Source: Planctomycetota bacterium
Lineage (GTDB): Bacteria > Planctomycetota > UBA8742 > UBA2392
Direction of reading: 5' to 3'
Length of the DNA: 64,000 nucleotides
NCBI GenBank assembly: GCA_020638675.1
Contig: JACKID010000001.1
Span: forward strand, 2,243,261-2,307,260
Made by a program: the position numbers and the translations under genes. The notes under the pieces are model-generated. The model was not told the origin of the DNA and did no database searches. It saw only the letters and a list, made by a program, of their open reading frames with translations. Shown here piece by piece: positions 1 through 8,304 of the stretch. Every line of letters begins with the position of its first letter. The first letter of the stretch is position 1.

Positions 1-1221
1 GTGCAGGTCGTCGTCAGCAAGAAGGACGTGCCCGAAGAAGTCTTCGAGACCGCCAAGCGCATCGGCTACGAAAGCAGCATCATCGTGCGCGGCAAGGTGA
101 CCAAGGATGACCGCAGCGCGCTCGGCGTCGAGGTGCAGGGCAGCGCTGTCGAAGTGATCCAGGAAGTCCACGACTACCCGATCCAGATCACCGAGGACGT
201 GCCCAACATCGACAAGCTGCTCGACCTGCGCCACCTGTGGGTCCGCAGCAAGCGCCCGCACGCGATTCTCAAGGTGCGCAGCGAAGTTGTGCAGGCGATC
301 CGCGATTTCTACTACGAGCGCGACTTCGTGCTGTACGACGCGCCGATCTTCACGCCCGCGAGCTGCGAGGGCGTCAGCACGCTGTTCGAGGTCCCCTACT
401 TCGAAGAGACCGGCTACCTGACGCAGAGCGGCCAGCTCTACGGCGAAACCGGCGCGATGGCGTTCGGCAAGGTCGTCGTGTTCGGGCCCACGTTCCGCGC
501 CGAGAAGTCCAAGACGCGCCGACACCTCACCGAGTTCTGGATGGTCGAGCCCGAGGTCGCATTCCTTGAGCTGGACGGAATCATGGACCTTGCCGAGCAG
601 CAGATCCAGTACGTCGTCGGGCGCGCACTCGACAAGTGCAAGGCGGAGCTGAAAGAGCTTGAGCGCGACACTTCAGTGCTCGAGCAGGTTGTTAAACCGT
701 TCCCGCGCATTCACTATGAAGAAGCGCAGAAAGTGCTGCAGCAGCTCAAGTCTGAGTTCGCCAAGTCCGACGACCCGGAGAAGGTCAAGCTCAGCGGCGA
801 CATCCTCAAGAACGGGCTCGGCGACGACCTCGGCGCGGCCGACGAAACCGCGCTGGGCATGCACTACAAGCAGTGCATCTGCATCCACCACTACCCGCGC
901 GAAGTGAAGGCGTTCTACATGAAGGCCGACCCGACGGGAAAATACGCCATGGGTGTGGACGTGATCGCGCCGGAAGGCGTGGGCGAAATCATCGGCGGCG
1001 GGCAACGCGAAGACAGCCTCGAGGTTCTTGAAGCCCAGATCAAGAAGCACAACGTGCCGCCGGAATCAGTTAGCTGGTACGTCGACCTGCGCAAGTATGG
1101 TAGCGTCCCCCACGGCGGATTCGGCATGGGCGTCGAGCGCTGCGTGCAGTGGATCACCGGCTGCCAGCACGTTCGCGAGGCCATCCCGTTCCCGCGCACG
1201 ATCTACCGCCTGACACCCTGA
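1..1221 (+). CDS. asnS: Asparaginyl-tRNA synthetase, C-terminal ~406 aa (5' end lies outside the window)
   Basis: Class II aaRS core with EFWMVEPEVAF and C-terminal GGFGMGVERCVQWITG...VREAIPFPRT motifs typical of AsnRS. The frame is open from base 1 and the stop is at 1219-1221. Confidence 0.88.
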   Translation: MQVVVSKKDVPEEVFETAKRIGYESSIIVRGKVTKDDRSALGVEVQGSAVEVIQEVHDYPIQITEDVPNIDKLLDLRHLWVRSKRPHAILKVRSEVVQAIRDFYYERDFVLYDAPIFTPASCEGVSTLFEVPYFEETGYLTQSGQLYGETGAMAFGKVVVFGPTFRAEKSKTRRHLTEFWMVEPEVAFLELDGIMDLAEQQIQYVVGRALDKCKAELKELERDTSVLEQVVKPFPRIHYEEAQKVLQQLKSEFAKSDDPEKVKLSGDILKNGLGDDLGAADETALGMHYKQCICIHHYPREVKAFYMKADPTGKYAMGVDVIAPEGVGEIIGGGQREDSLEVLEAQIKKHNVPPESVSWYVDLRKYGSVPHGGFGMGVERCVQWITGCQHVREAIPFPRTIYRLTP

Positions 1222-1230
1222 GGAAGCACC

Positions 1231-1908
1231 TTGCCGAACGCCATCATCATCGACATGCCGGACGTCCTGACGGACGAGGCGGAGAATGACCGCGAGGCGG
1301 CCGCGCTCGTGCGGCAGATCGTCGCGACCGCGGGCGTGCGCGTGACCGAGCAGGCATTCAACCAGGCAGACGAGTTCGCGATCCAGTCGTTCGCGCCGCA
1401 CCAGTTCGACGCGATGATCTTCAAGCTGGTCAACCGCGACACCACGCTGGCGCTGCGCTGCATCAGCGCGTTCAAGAAGAACTTCAAGCCGCGCGTGAAC
1501 CTGCGCAAGGAAGCGGGCGACATCCTGAACGCTTGCAGGCAGCGCGGCTGGAAGATCGGTATCGCCGGGCACCTGAGCGAAGACCAGCTGGCGGCGCTGG
1601 AGCGGGCGAAGCTGCTGCAGATGATCCACGTGAAGGGTCTGCCGAGGCAGATGAAGATCGACCTGCCGGACCCGCGCGTGATCGAGTTCCTGGTCGGGCT
1701 GCTCGGCACCAGCACCGGCGAATGCCTGATGCTCGGCACGCGCTGCGACAACAACGTGCGCCCGGCGAACATCCTGCGCATGCAGGCGATCCAGTTGCAG
1801 ATGGGGCGCTACGGCAAGCTGCAGTTGCCGCGCGACCTGCAGGACGTGCCCGACTACGAGGCGCCCGACGTCAACGCCCTGCTGAACGTGATTCCGACGG
1901 TTGTGTAA
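1231..1908 (+). CDS. Hypothetical protein, degenerate HAD-like hydrolase fold (putative)
   Basis: 225-aa ORF with a TTG start 5 nt after an AGGAAG SD. The N-terminal IIIDMPDVLTDE resembles HAD motif I but reads DxxD rather than DxD, and a GxxxND-like motif lies near the C-terminus. High GC3 codon usage. Confidence 0.45.
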   Translation: MPNAIIIDMPDVLTDEAENDREAAALVRQIVATAGVRVTEQAFNQADEFAIQSFAPHQFDAMIFKLVNRDTTLALRCISAFKKNFKPRVNLRKEAGDILNACRQRGWKIGIAGHLSEDQLAALERAKLLQMIHVKGLPRQMKIDLPDPRVIEFLVGLLGTSTGECLMLGTRCDNNVRPANILRMQAIQLQMGRYGKLQLPRDLQDVPDYEAPDVNALLNVIPTVV

Positions 1909-3362
1909 TGGCCACAGGCACGAAAACCGAGTACGAGCCGGTCATAGGGCTGGAAGTCCACGTCCAACTCAAGACCGCGTCCAAAATGTTCTGCGGCTGC
2001 GCCGTGCAGTTCGGCGCGCCCGCGAACTCGCTGACCTGCCCGGTCTGCCTCGGGCTGCCGGGCGCGCTGCCGATGGTCAACAGGCAGGCCGTCGAGTACG
2101 GCATCCGGGTCGGGCTGGCGCTGAACTGCCAGATCGCGCACCGGGTTAAATTTGACCGCAAGAACTACTTCTACCCGGACCTGCCCAAGGGCTACCAGGT
2201 CAGCCAGTACGACGAGCCCCTGTGCTTCGACGGCGAGCTTCAGCTGCCGATTCACGACGCGAGCGGCCAGCCCAAGATCTGCCGCATCACGCGCGCGCAC
2301 CTTGAGGAAGACGCGGGCAAGTCGATCCACATGGACGGCAGCACGCTGGTGGACCTGAACCGCGCCGGCACGCCGCTGATCGAAATCGTCGGCGGGCCCG
2401 ACCTGCGCAGCCCCGAAGAGGCCTACATCTACCTGAACACGCTAAAGCGGAACCTGAGCTATCTCGGGGTCAGCGACCTGAGCATGGAAAAGGGCAGTCT
2501 AAGGTGCGACGCTAACGTCAGCATCCGCCCGAAGGGGCAGGAGAAGTTCGGCGTGCGCAGCGAGATCAAGAACCTGAACAGCTTCCGCATGGTCCGCGCG
2601 GCGCTGGAGTTCGAGATCAAGCGGCATGAGCAGGTGCTCGAATCCGGCGGCACGCTCACCCAGCAGACCCTGCTGTGGGACGACGAAAAACAGGAGACCC
2701 GCAGCATGCGCAGCAAGGAGGAAGCAACCGATTACCGCTTCTTCCCCGAGCCGGACCTCGCCACGTTCGATGTACCGCGCGAATGGGTCGAGCAGGTCCG
2801 CGCCACACTGCCCGAGATGCCGGAAAAGCGCCTGCTGCGCTTTCTGGACGACTACAAGCTCAGTGAGCAGGACGCGGAGTACCTGGTCGGGGACAAGGCG
2901 CTGGCCGACTTCTACGAGACCGCGCTCAAGCTGATGGACGAGCCGCGCAAGGTCGCGGCCTGGGTGGTCGGCGAGGTCACGCGCGAGCTAAATGACCGCA
3001 ACGCCGCCATCGGCGACCTGAAGCTGACGCCCGAAGAGTTGATCGAGCTGATCAAACTGCTCGACGCCGGCAAGCTGAACAACATCACGGCCAAGGAAGT
3101 CTTCCACGCCATGGTCGAGACGGGCGAAGGCGCAATGACAGCAGCCCAGCGCCTGAACAAACTGATCGTGCAGGACGACGACGCAATGAACGCCGTGATC
3201 GACGAAGTCATCGCCGAGTTCGCCGACAAGGCCGTCGCCGACTTCAAGGCCGGCGAAGAAAAGGCACTTGGCTTCCTGATCGGGCAGTGCATGCGCAAGC
3301 TGAAGGGCAAGGCGAATCCGAAGGAGCTGGGACCAAAGATTGCGGCGCGGATCAACGGCTAG
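1908..3362 (+). CDS. gatB: Asp-tRNA(Asn)/Glu-tRNA(Gln) amidotransferase subunit B
   Basis: ATG at 1908 overlaps the upstream stop (TAATG). N-terminus MATGTKTEYEPVIGLEVHVQLKTASKMFCGC matches the GatB signature, and the protein is ~484 aa. The 609-aa ORF-track extension upstream from 1533 overlaps the previous gene and is rejected. Confidence 0.9.
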   Translation: MATGTKTEYEPVIGLEVHVQLKTASKMFCGCAVQFGAPANSLTCPVCLGLPGALPMVNRQAVEYGIRVGLALNCQIAHRVKFDRKNYFYPDLPKGYQVSQYDEPLCFDGELQLPIHDASGQPKICRITRAHLEEDAGKSIHMDGSTLVDLNRAGTPLIEIVGGPDLRSPEEAYIYLNTLKRNLSYLGVSDLSMEKGSLRCDANVSIRPKGQEKFGVRSEIKNLNSFRMVRAALEFEIKRHEQVLESGGTLTQQTLLWDDEKQETRSMRSKEEATDYRFFPEPDLATFDVPREWVEQVRATLPEMPEKRLLRFLDDYKLSEQDAEYLVGDKALADFYETALKLMDEPRKVAAWVVGEVTRELNDRNAAIGDLKLTPEELIELIKLLDAGKLNNITAKEVFHAMVETGEGAMTAAQRLNKLIVQDDDAMNAVIDEVIAEFADKAVADFKAGEEKALGFLIGQCMRKLKGKANPKELGPKIAARING

Positions 3363-3365
3363 CTC

Positions 3366-3444
3366 GCGATCAGCCCCGCCCAAGAGGGCGGGGATAGGTC
3401 AGACAGAATTGCCGCATCAATCCCCGGCCTTTCGGCCGGGGCGG
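3366..3444. repeat. REP-like double-hairpin intergenic element, copy A
   Basis: gcgatcagCCCCGCCCaagaGGGCGGGG, then 28 nt, then CCCCGGCCtttcGGCCGGGGcgg. It is nearly identical in both hairpins to a second copy at 24229-24306. Both copies sit directly 3' of a stop codon. Confidence 0.6.
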
Positions 3445-3457
3445 AGCGACTCGGCCT

Positions 3458-3877
3458 ATGTTCGAAGACCAACGCCCGTTGCGCCATGCCATCGTCGCCG
3501 TGATTGAGTCCGGCGACGAAATCCTGTTTATCGAACGCGCGGCCATGGACACCTGGCCCGGCTACTGGTCCACGGTGACCGGCCAGCTTGAGCCGGGCGA
3601 AGACCAGCAATCGGGCTGCGTGCGCGAAGCCTTTGAGGAAGTCGGGCTGCGCGTGAAGCCCGTTCGCAAGCTGTGGGAAAGCATGACGCGCCGCGCCCAC
3701 TTCGTGCTGCACTGGTGGCAGTGCGAGCTGACCGGCCCACGCGACGTCACGCCCGACCCCAAGGAAGTCGCCAACCACAAGTGGATTCACCGTCGCGATA
3801 TCCCGAGCATTCCGCTGATGTTCAGCGACTCCCGCTGGTTCTTCCGCGAGGTGTACCCGGGCGTCAGACATGCCTGA
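3458..3877 (+). CDS. NUDIX hydrolase
   Basis: Nudix box GQLEPGEDQQSGCVREAFEEVGL (GX5EX7REUXEEXGU pattern). 139 aa. Confidence 0.8.
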   Translation: MFEDQRPLRHAIVAVIESGDEILFIERAAMDTWPGYWSTVTGQLEPGEDQQSGCVREAFEEVGLRVKPVRKLWESMTRRAHFVLHWWQCELTGPRDVTPDPKEVANHKWIHRRDIPSIPLMFSDSRWFFREVYPGVRHA

Positions 3878-3886
3878 AGAGTGGCG

Positions 3887-4003
3887 CAGACAATCCTGTC
3901 TGCGGGGCGCGACGCGACCACAGACAAGATTGTCTGTGCCACCCAACCGACCACAGACATGATTGTCTCTGCCACTCAACCGACCACAGACACGATTGTC
4001 TGT
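3887..4003. repeat. Phased array of four 18-bp palindromes (ACAGACA-N4-TGTCTGT) at exact 33-bp spacing, candidate operator/iteron array
   Basis: Palindromes start at 3887 (degenerate: cAGACAatccTGTCTG), 3920, 3953 and 3986, a 33-bp period. The N4 cores are aaga, atga and cgat. The array lies between the NUDIX stop (3877) and the start of the membrane-protein gene (4032). Confidence 0.7.
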
Positions 4004-4031
4004 GCCACCCGAACGCTACTACACTCTGCCC

Positions 4032-4790
4032 ATGCCCCACGCCCTGCTTGCCCTGACAATTTCCAACGCGCTGGACATCCTGCGCCGGGGCGGCACCTGG
4101 GTTCTGGCCGCAACCGGCGTCGCGTTCATCCTGTCGCTGCGCTGGTTCAGCACGTTCGGGCTGGGCTACGAGGTCGTGCAGCTTGAAGAACTCGGCGTCT
4201 ACACCATCGGGCTGCTCGGCGCGGTGGCGGTACTGGTGTTCTGCCTGCCCGGCGAAGACGAAACCGATGAGCCCGAGGCGCTGCTACTGACGCGCCCGGT
4301 GTCGCGCTGGGTCCTGTCATTGGGCACGTTCTTTGGACGGCTGCTTCCGATCGCGTTGCTGTGCCTGCTCTGGAGCTTCGCGATCTTCAACGCGCTGCTG
4401 TGGTTTGAGCTGGAAGACCCCGGGCTCTTCAGCTACCGCGGCTCCAGCAGCGCATTGTCCGAGAGCGGCGGCCTGATCCTGCCGGTACTGGGGCAGTTGT
4501 TCGCCACCAGCATCCTGCTCGCGTTCGTGCAGCCGGTGGCCCGCCTGCGTCGTCCGGTGCTGGTGGGGCTGGCGACGTTGGGGCTGTACGTGCTCGGGTA
4601 TGCTGTGGCCGGGCTTGGCGGCGCCTGGTCGGTCATCCTGCCCGATCTCAGCCGTCACGACCTGACTTCGCTGCTGTGGGGACCCGGTTTGCAGGTTTCC
4701 ATGCCCGCCCTGCTAGTTCACGCTTGTGCGTGGTGTGCGGCCGGGGTAGCGTTGGACAGCATCGGATTAACAGTCAAGTCAGCGGCATAA
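4032..4790 (+). CDS. Hypothetical polytopic membrane protein
   Basis: The ORF is open from a TTG at 3963, but the first ATG at 4032 (MPHALLALTIS...) lies outside the repeat array. There are multiple hydrophobic helices and no recognised family. Confidence 0.5.
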   Translation: MPHALLALTISNALDILRRGGTWVLAATGVAFILSLRWFSTFGLGYEVVQLEELGVYTIGLLGAVAVLVFCLPGEDETDEPEALLLTRPVSRWVLSLGTFFGRLLPIALLCLLWSFAIFNALLWFELEDPGLFSYRGSSSALSESGGLILPVLGQLFATSILLAFVQPVARLRRPVLVGLATLGLYVLGYAVAGLGGAWSVILPDLSRHDLTSLLWGPGLQVSMPALLVHACAWCAAGVALDSIGLTVKSAA

Positions 4791-4919
4791 GGCACAATAC
4801 GGCGGGCGTTTGCATTCGTCTTGCCGGGTATGAAAGTAAAGGCTAGACTTTAATATTGGACCTCACGGGTCTACTTCTGTCCAACATCCTGTCACAGGTA
4901 CGCCTGCCGGGGGTCGGTT

Positions 4920-5645
4920 TTGCGGTACGCCATATTCGGTGACATCCACGGCAATATCGAGGCGCTGGATACAGTGCTGTCGCATTGCAAGAAAGAGGGC
5001 GTTGACCGCTACCTCTGCCTGGGTGATATCGTCGGCTACGGCGCCAACCCCGACGAGTGTTGCGACATCGTCCGCGAAATGGGCTGCCCCACCGTCGCCG
5101 GCAACCACGACTGGGCCGTCTGCGGCAAGCTCAGCATCGAATTCTTCAACACCTACGCCAAGCAGGCCGTCTACTGGACGCGCGACAACCTCAAAGAAGA
5201 GAACATGCAGTTCCTTCGCGAGCTGCCGCTGGTCCATGAGGTCAACGACGACATCACGCTTGTGCACGGCAGCCTGAACTTTCCGGACCTGTTCGACTAC
5301 ATCCAGACCAGCCAGGACGCGCGCCTCTCGCTTGAGAAGCTGCGCACGCGCGTCTGCTTTCTCGGGCACTCACACGTGCCGGTCACCTTCTTCAGCGGGC
5401 CGATGGTCAGCTACTCGATGTCCTACGAGATCAACCTCAAGGGCTTCGAGAAAGCGCTGGTGAACGTCGGCAGCGTGGGCCAGCCGCGCGACGAAAACCC
5501 GAAGTCGTGCTTCGCCATCTACGACAGCGACAAAGAGATGGTGAAGATCACCCGCCTCGAGTACGACCTGGAAACCACAGGCCGAAAAATCCTCGACGCA
5601 GGCCTGCCCGAAATCCTCGCCGAACGCCTGAAGTTCGGGCGCTAA
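4920..5645 (+). CDS. Metallophosphoesterase (calcineurin-like phosphoesterase family)
   Basis: N-terminal GDIHGN motif, then GDIVGYG, GNHD and GHSH metal-ligand motifs. TTG start at 4920 (no in-frame ATG upstream). Confidence 0.8.
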   Translation: MRYAIFGDIHGNIEALDTVLSHCKKEGVDRYLCLGDIVGYGANPDECCDIVREMGCPTVAGNHDWAVCGKLSIEFFNTYAKQAVYWTRDNLKEENMQFLRELPLVHEVNDDITLVHGSLNFPDLFDYIQTSQDARLSLEKLRTRVCFLGHSHVPVTFFSGPMVSYSMSYEINLKGFEKALVNVGSVGQPRDENPKSCFAIYDSDKEMVKITRLEYDLETTGRKILDAGLPEILAERLKFGR

Positions 5646-5818
5646 CTGCCGTCGTCAGGATAGGCAGGATTGAAGAGGATGGGTTCACTTCGCAGAGCGC
5701 TGTCGCCATTTGCCCCATGAAAGTTGCGACGTGCGACGACCGGTCGCCATCCACTCACATCCTGTAAATCCTGACCAATGGCCTTTGCGGTATTCAGTTG
5801 TCAAACAGCTCGCGCTCG

Positions 5819-6283
5819 TCATGAGCTGTTTTGGTCGTGGCATGTTTCCGGTGTTTCGTCGGCGATCGGCTCGGGGTACGGCTCGTCTTTCATCTCGGGG
5901 AAGTACTCGGGCACGGGCACATCTTCGGTCGGGCTTGCGCCTTCTTCCGCCGCGGCCTGCTTTTCGACGTCGTGCTCGATCATCTCGTCGAGGTCGGCAC
6001 GGCACTTCGCGAGCTTCTTTTCACGCTCCTGCAGCAGCATGCGCAGTTCACGCGCGGCCTTGGTGGCCTCGCTGATCGGGTCGCGCCCGCGCCCGTCTTC
6101 ACGCGGGATGTAGCGCTGGGCACGCTCCAGTGCGAGGTCGTGGGTGGCCTGCGTGGACTCGATCGCGCGGTCGATTTCCTTCCCGCCTGTCTCAAGGTAC
6201 AGGCGGTGTGAAGAAGCAAGCGCCTCGAAGACCAGCTTGCGGCTGCGGGGCTTGCGATTGCGAACGTTGGCGTAGCGGGACAT
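5819..6283 (-). CDS. Hypothetical protein with basic N-terminus and acidic C-terminus
   Basis: ATG at 6283 preceded by GGAG about 7 nt upstream. The codon usage is realistic (K/E/D-rich), and the plus-strand ORFs overlapping it look like antisense artefacts. It lies immediately downstream of moxR on the same strand. Confidence 0.5.
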   Translation of the reverse strand: MSRYANVRNRKPRSRKLVFEALASSHRLYLETGGKEIDRAIESTQATHDLALERAQRYIPREDGRGRDPISEATKAARELRMLLQEREKKLAKCRADLDEMIEHDVEKQAAAEEGASPTEDVPVPEYFPEMKDEPYPEPIADETPETCHDQNSS

Positions 6284-6501
6284 GGGACGGCTCCGGATGA
6301 CTGGGCGGGAACTGCCCGCCCTCAATCATCCCGAGCGATGGAGTGCGTTCGGATTTGACCATCGCGACGAGAGGTTTTTTCGCGCACGCAAGTGGGCGGT
6401 TCGGCGTGACTTCGGTGGAATCGATGAAATGGCGAAAAAGATTCTTTTCACGAACACGTACCATTCGCACGGACCACAAACGCCATGCGCGAAGGCAGCG
6501 A

Positions 6502-6548
6502 AGAAAAAGCCCGAAGGACGCGAAGTCTCTAGACTCTTCGCGTCCTTC
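6502..6548 (-). terminator. Rho-independent terminator downstream of moxR
   Basis: Perfect 13-bp stem GAAGGACGCGAAG / CTTCGCGTCCTTC (6513-6525 and 6536-6548). On the minus strand it is followed by GGGCTTTTTCTTC. Confidence 0.55.
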
Positions 6549-6577
6549 GCTTGTCTTCGCCTCTTCGCGTGAAGCCC

Positions 6578-7687
6578 TTAGACCTTGGCAGGCTTGCGCT
6601 TCTTTGACTTGCCCAGCAGCAGATCCAGCAGGAACTGGCCCGGGCTGCGCCGCGCCTTGCGCTCTTCTTCGCGAACGTCCCATGCCGGGCGCGGCACGTC
6701 CTTGATCAGCATGCGCACGATGTCGCGGCTGTTCACGCCGTCGGCTTCCGCGTGAAAGTTCGTCAGGATGCGGTGGTGCATGGCTGGCAACGCGATGGCG
6801 CGCACGTCGTCGGGCAGGGCTTCGTCGCGGCCTTCCAGCGCCGCGCGTGACTTGGCGCCGAGGATCAGCGCCTGTGTGGCGCGCGGGCTGCCGCCGCACT
6901 CGATAAGGTCTTCGACATCGGCGTTGAACTTGTTCTCGGGGCGCGTGGCGCGCACCAGGTCGATGGCGTACTTCAGCGTCTCGTCGCGCATGTTGATGCG
7001 GCGCACGACGTCGAGCATCTTGACCACCTGCGCCGAGTCCATGATCCGGTCCACCGGCGGCATTTCGCGGCTGGTGGTGCGGTACAGCATCTCCATTTCG
7101 TCGTACTGGGTCGGGTAATCGACCAGCACGGTGAACATGAAACGGTCCAGCGCGGCGGCCGGCAGAACGTACGTGCCTTCCTGCTCAATCGGGTTCTGGG
7201 TTGCCATCACGAAGTACGGGCGCGGCAGCGGGTAGCGCTTGCCGGCGACGGTGACGGCGAACTCTTCCATGGCCTCAAGCAGCGCGGCCTGCGTCTTGGG
7301 CGGCGTGCGGTTGATTTCGTCGGCGAGCACGAAGTTGGCGAAGATCGGCCCGCCCATGAACTGGAAGCCGCGGTCTTCTTTCTCGCCGACCAGCACGTCG
7401 CTGCCGGTGATGTCGCTCGGCATCAGGTCGGGGGTGAACTGGATGCGGTTGAACTTCATGCCCAGGATTTCGGAGAGCGTGCTGATCAGCAGCGTCTTGG
7501 CGAGGCCCGGCACACCCAGCAGCAGCACGTGGCCGCCGGCGAAGAAGGCCGTCAGCACTTCCTCAATCACCTGCTCCTGCCCGACGATGCGTTTGCCCAA
7601 CTCGGCGCGGATGGCCTTGTGGGTTTCGCCGATTTCACCGAGTACGCGGTAATCGTCGCCTGACAGTGACGGCTGTTCTCTGCCCAT
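6578..7687 (-). CDS. MoxR-family AAA+ ATPase
   Basis: Walker A GVPGLAKT, Walker B VLADEINR, and the ...RIVGQEQVIEEVL... arrangement typical of MoxR. The ATG at 7687 has a GAGGAA SD; alternative starts are the ATG at 7705 and the GTG at 7729. Confidence 0.85.
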   Translation of the reverse strand: MGREQPSLSGDDYRVLGEIGETHKAIRAELGKRIVGQEQVIEEVLTAFFAGGHVLLLGVPGLAKTLLISTLSEILGMKFNRIQFTPDLMPSDITGSDVLVGEKEDRGFQFMGGPIFANFVLADEINRTPPKTQAALLEAMEEFAVTVAGKRYPLPRPYFVMATQNPIEQEGTYVLPAAALDRFMFTVLVDYPTQYDEMEMLYRTTSREMPPVDRIMDSAQVVKMLDVVRRINMRDETLKYAIDLVRATRPENKFNADVEDLIECGGSPRATQALILGAKSRAALEGRDEALPDDVRAIALPAMHHRILTNFHAEADGVNSRDIVRMLIKDVPRPAWDVREEERKARRSPGQFLLDLLLGKSKKRKPAKV

Positions 7688-7750
7688 GGGTTCCTCGCGC
7701 GCCATTATGGAAACGCAAAGCCCGGCCACAAGCAGAGATAAATCCGGGGG

Positions 7751-8059
7751 CTAGTCCGGCTCGTTCGCCCGGGGCTTCCAGACCTCCGGGTCGCGGGCCG
7801 CATGCACGACGCCGACCACCAGGATGCGCTCAGGCTCAACCCGATACCCGATGGAGTATGGGAAGCGCCTAAGTCGCACCCGGCGCATGCTGCCGCGTAC
7901 TTCCGCGTATGCCAGGGGGCTTGCCTTTAAGCGCGAGACCGCCTCCCGGAATGCAGCCTCAAATGCGGCCTCCAGGTGCGGCGACAGGGCCTGGTAATAA
8001 CTGCGGATCTCGGAGACATCCTGGACGACGCGTTTGTCGAACTCCAACGCGCGGGTCAT
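7751..8059 (-). CDS. ParE/RelE-family type II toxin
   Basis: 102 aa. The C-terminal YRVEPERILVVGVVHAARDP matches the ParE/RelE pattern. Its start overlaps the upstream small ORF's stop in an ATGA (8056-8059). Confidence 0.7.
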   Translation of the reverse strand: MTRALEFDKRVVQDVSEIRSYYQALSPHLEAAFEAAFREAVSRLKASPLAYAEVRGSMRRVRLRRFPYSIGYRVEPERILVVGVVHAARDPEVWKPRANEPD

Positions 8060-8304
8060 TCCGACCAGCCCAGTTCGCGACAGAACTCTCGCCAGCTGAG
8101 CGCTTGCTCAGGCTCGGCGGCACGGCGTTCAAGCGCTTCCCACGTCGGACCGCGGACTGAAGCGGGGTCGTCGCCGGCAAGAATGCTTTCCATGATCTCG
8201 CCCACCAGCTTCAGCCGGTTCTCGACGCTGAGCTTGAGGTAAAACTTGGATTCCGCCGCCTCTGCCATGGCTTTATTGAACCACGTTAGTCCAGCGCGTT
8301 CCAT
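8056..8304 (-). CDS. Putative antitoxin (addiction-module component) paired with the ParE-like toxin
   Basis: Small ORF ending ...KFYLKLSVENRLKLVGEIMESILAGDD... with 4-nt translational coupling to the toxin gene. The start is uncertain (ATG at 8304 or 8268). Confidence 0.5.
   Translation of the reverse strand: MERAGLTWFNKAMAEAAESKFYLKLSVENRLKLVGEIMESILAGDDPASVRGPTWEALERRAAEPEQALSWREFCRELGWSE

Noticed and set aside
1533-1907. Upstream 125-codon extension of the gatB ORF (the ORF-track 609-aa version)
   Set aside because: It overlaps the preceding HAD-like gene in another frame and is Arg/Ala/Pro-rich low-complexity GC-frame noise. The conserved GatB N-terminus begins at the ATG at 1908.
3887-4003. 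Possible CRISPR array
   Set aside because: The unit is only 33 bp in total, the conserved part is a palindrome, and the spacers are 4-nt cores plus a conserved linker. This is not a repeat-spacer architecture.
3673-4186. ORFs 3673-4056 and 3881-4186 encoding repeated peptides (DHRQDCLCHPTDHRHDCLCH..., ...TTDKIVCATQPTTDMIVSATQPTTDTIVCAT...)
   Set aside because: The periodic peptides are a direct consequence of the 33-bp DNA repeat array. 3673-4056 also overlaps the NUDIX gene.
6320-6342. GGGCGGGaactGCCCGCCC hairpin just upstream of the 5819-6283 gene start
   Set aside because: No adjacent T-run on either strand. It could be a 5'-UTR structure but there is insufficient evidence to call a terminator or riboswitch.
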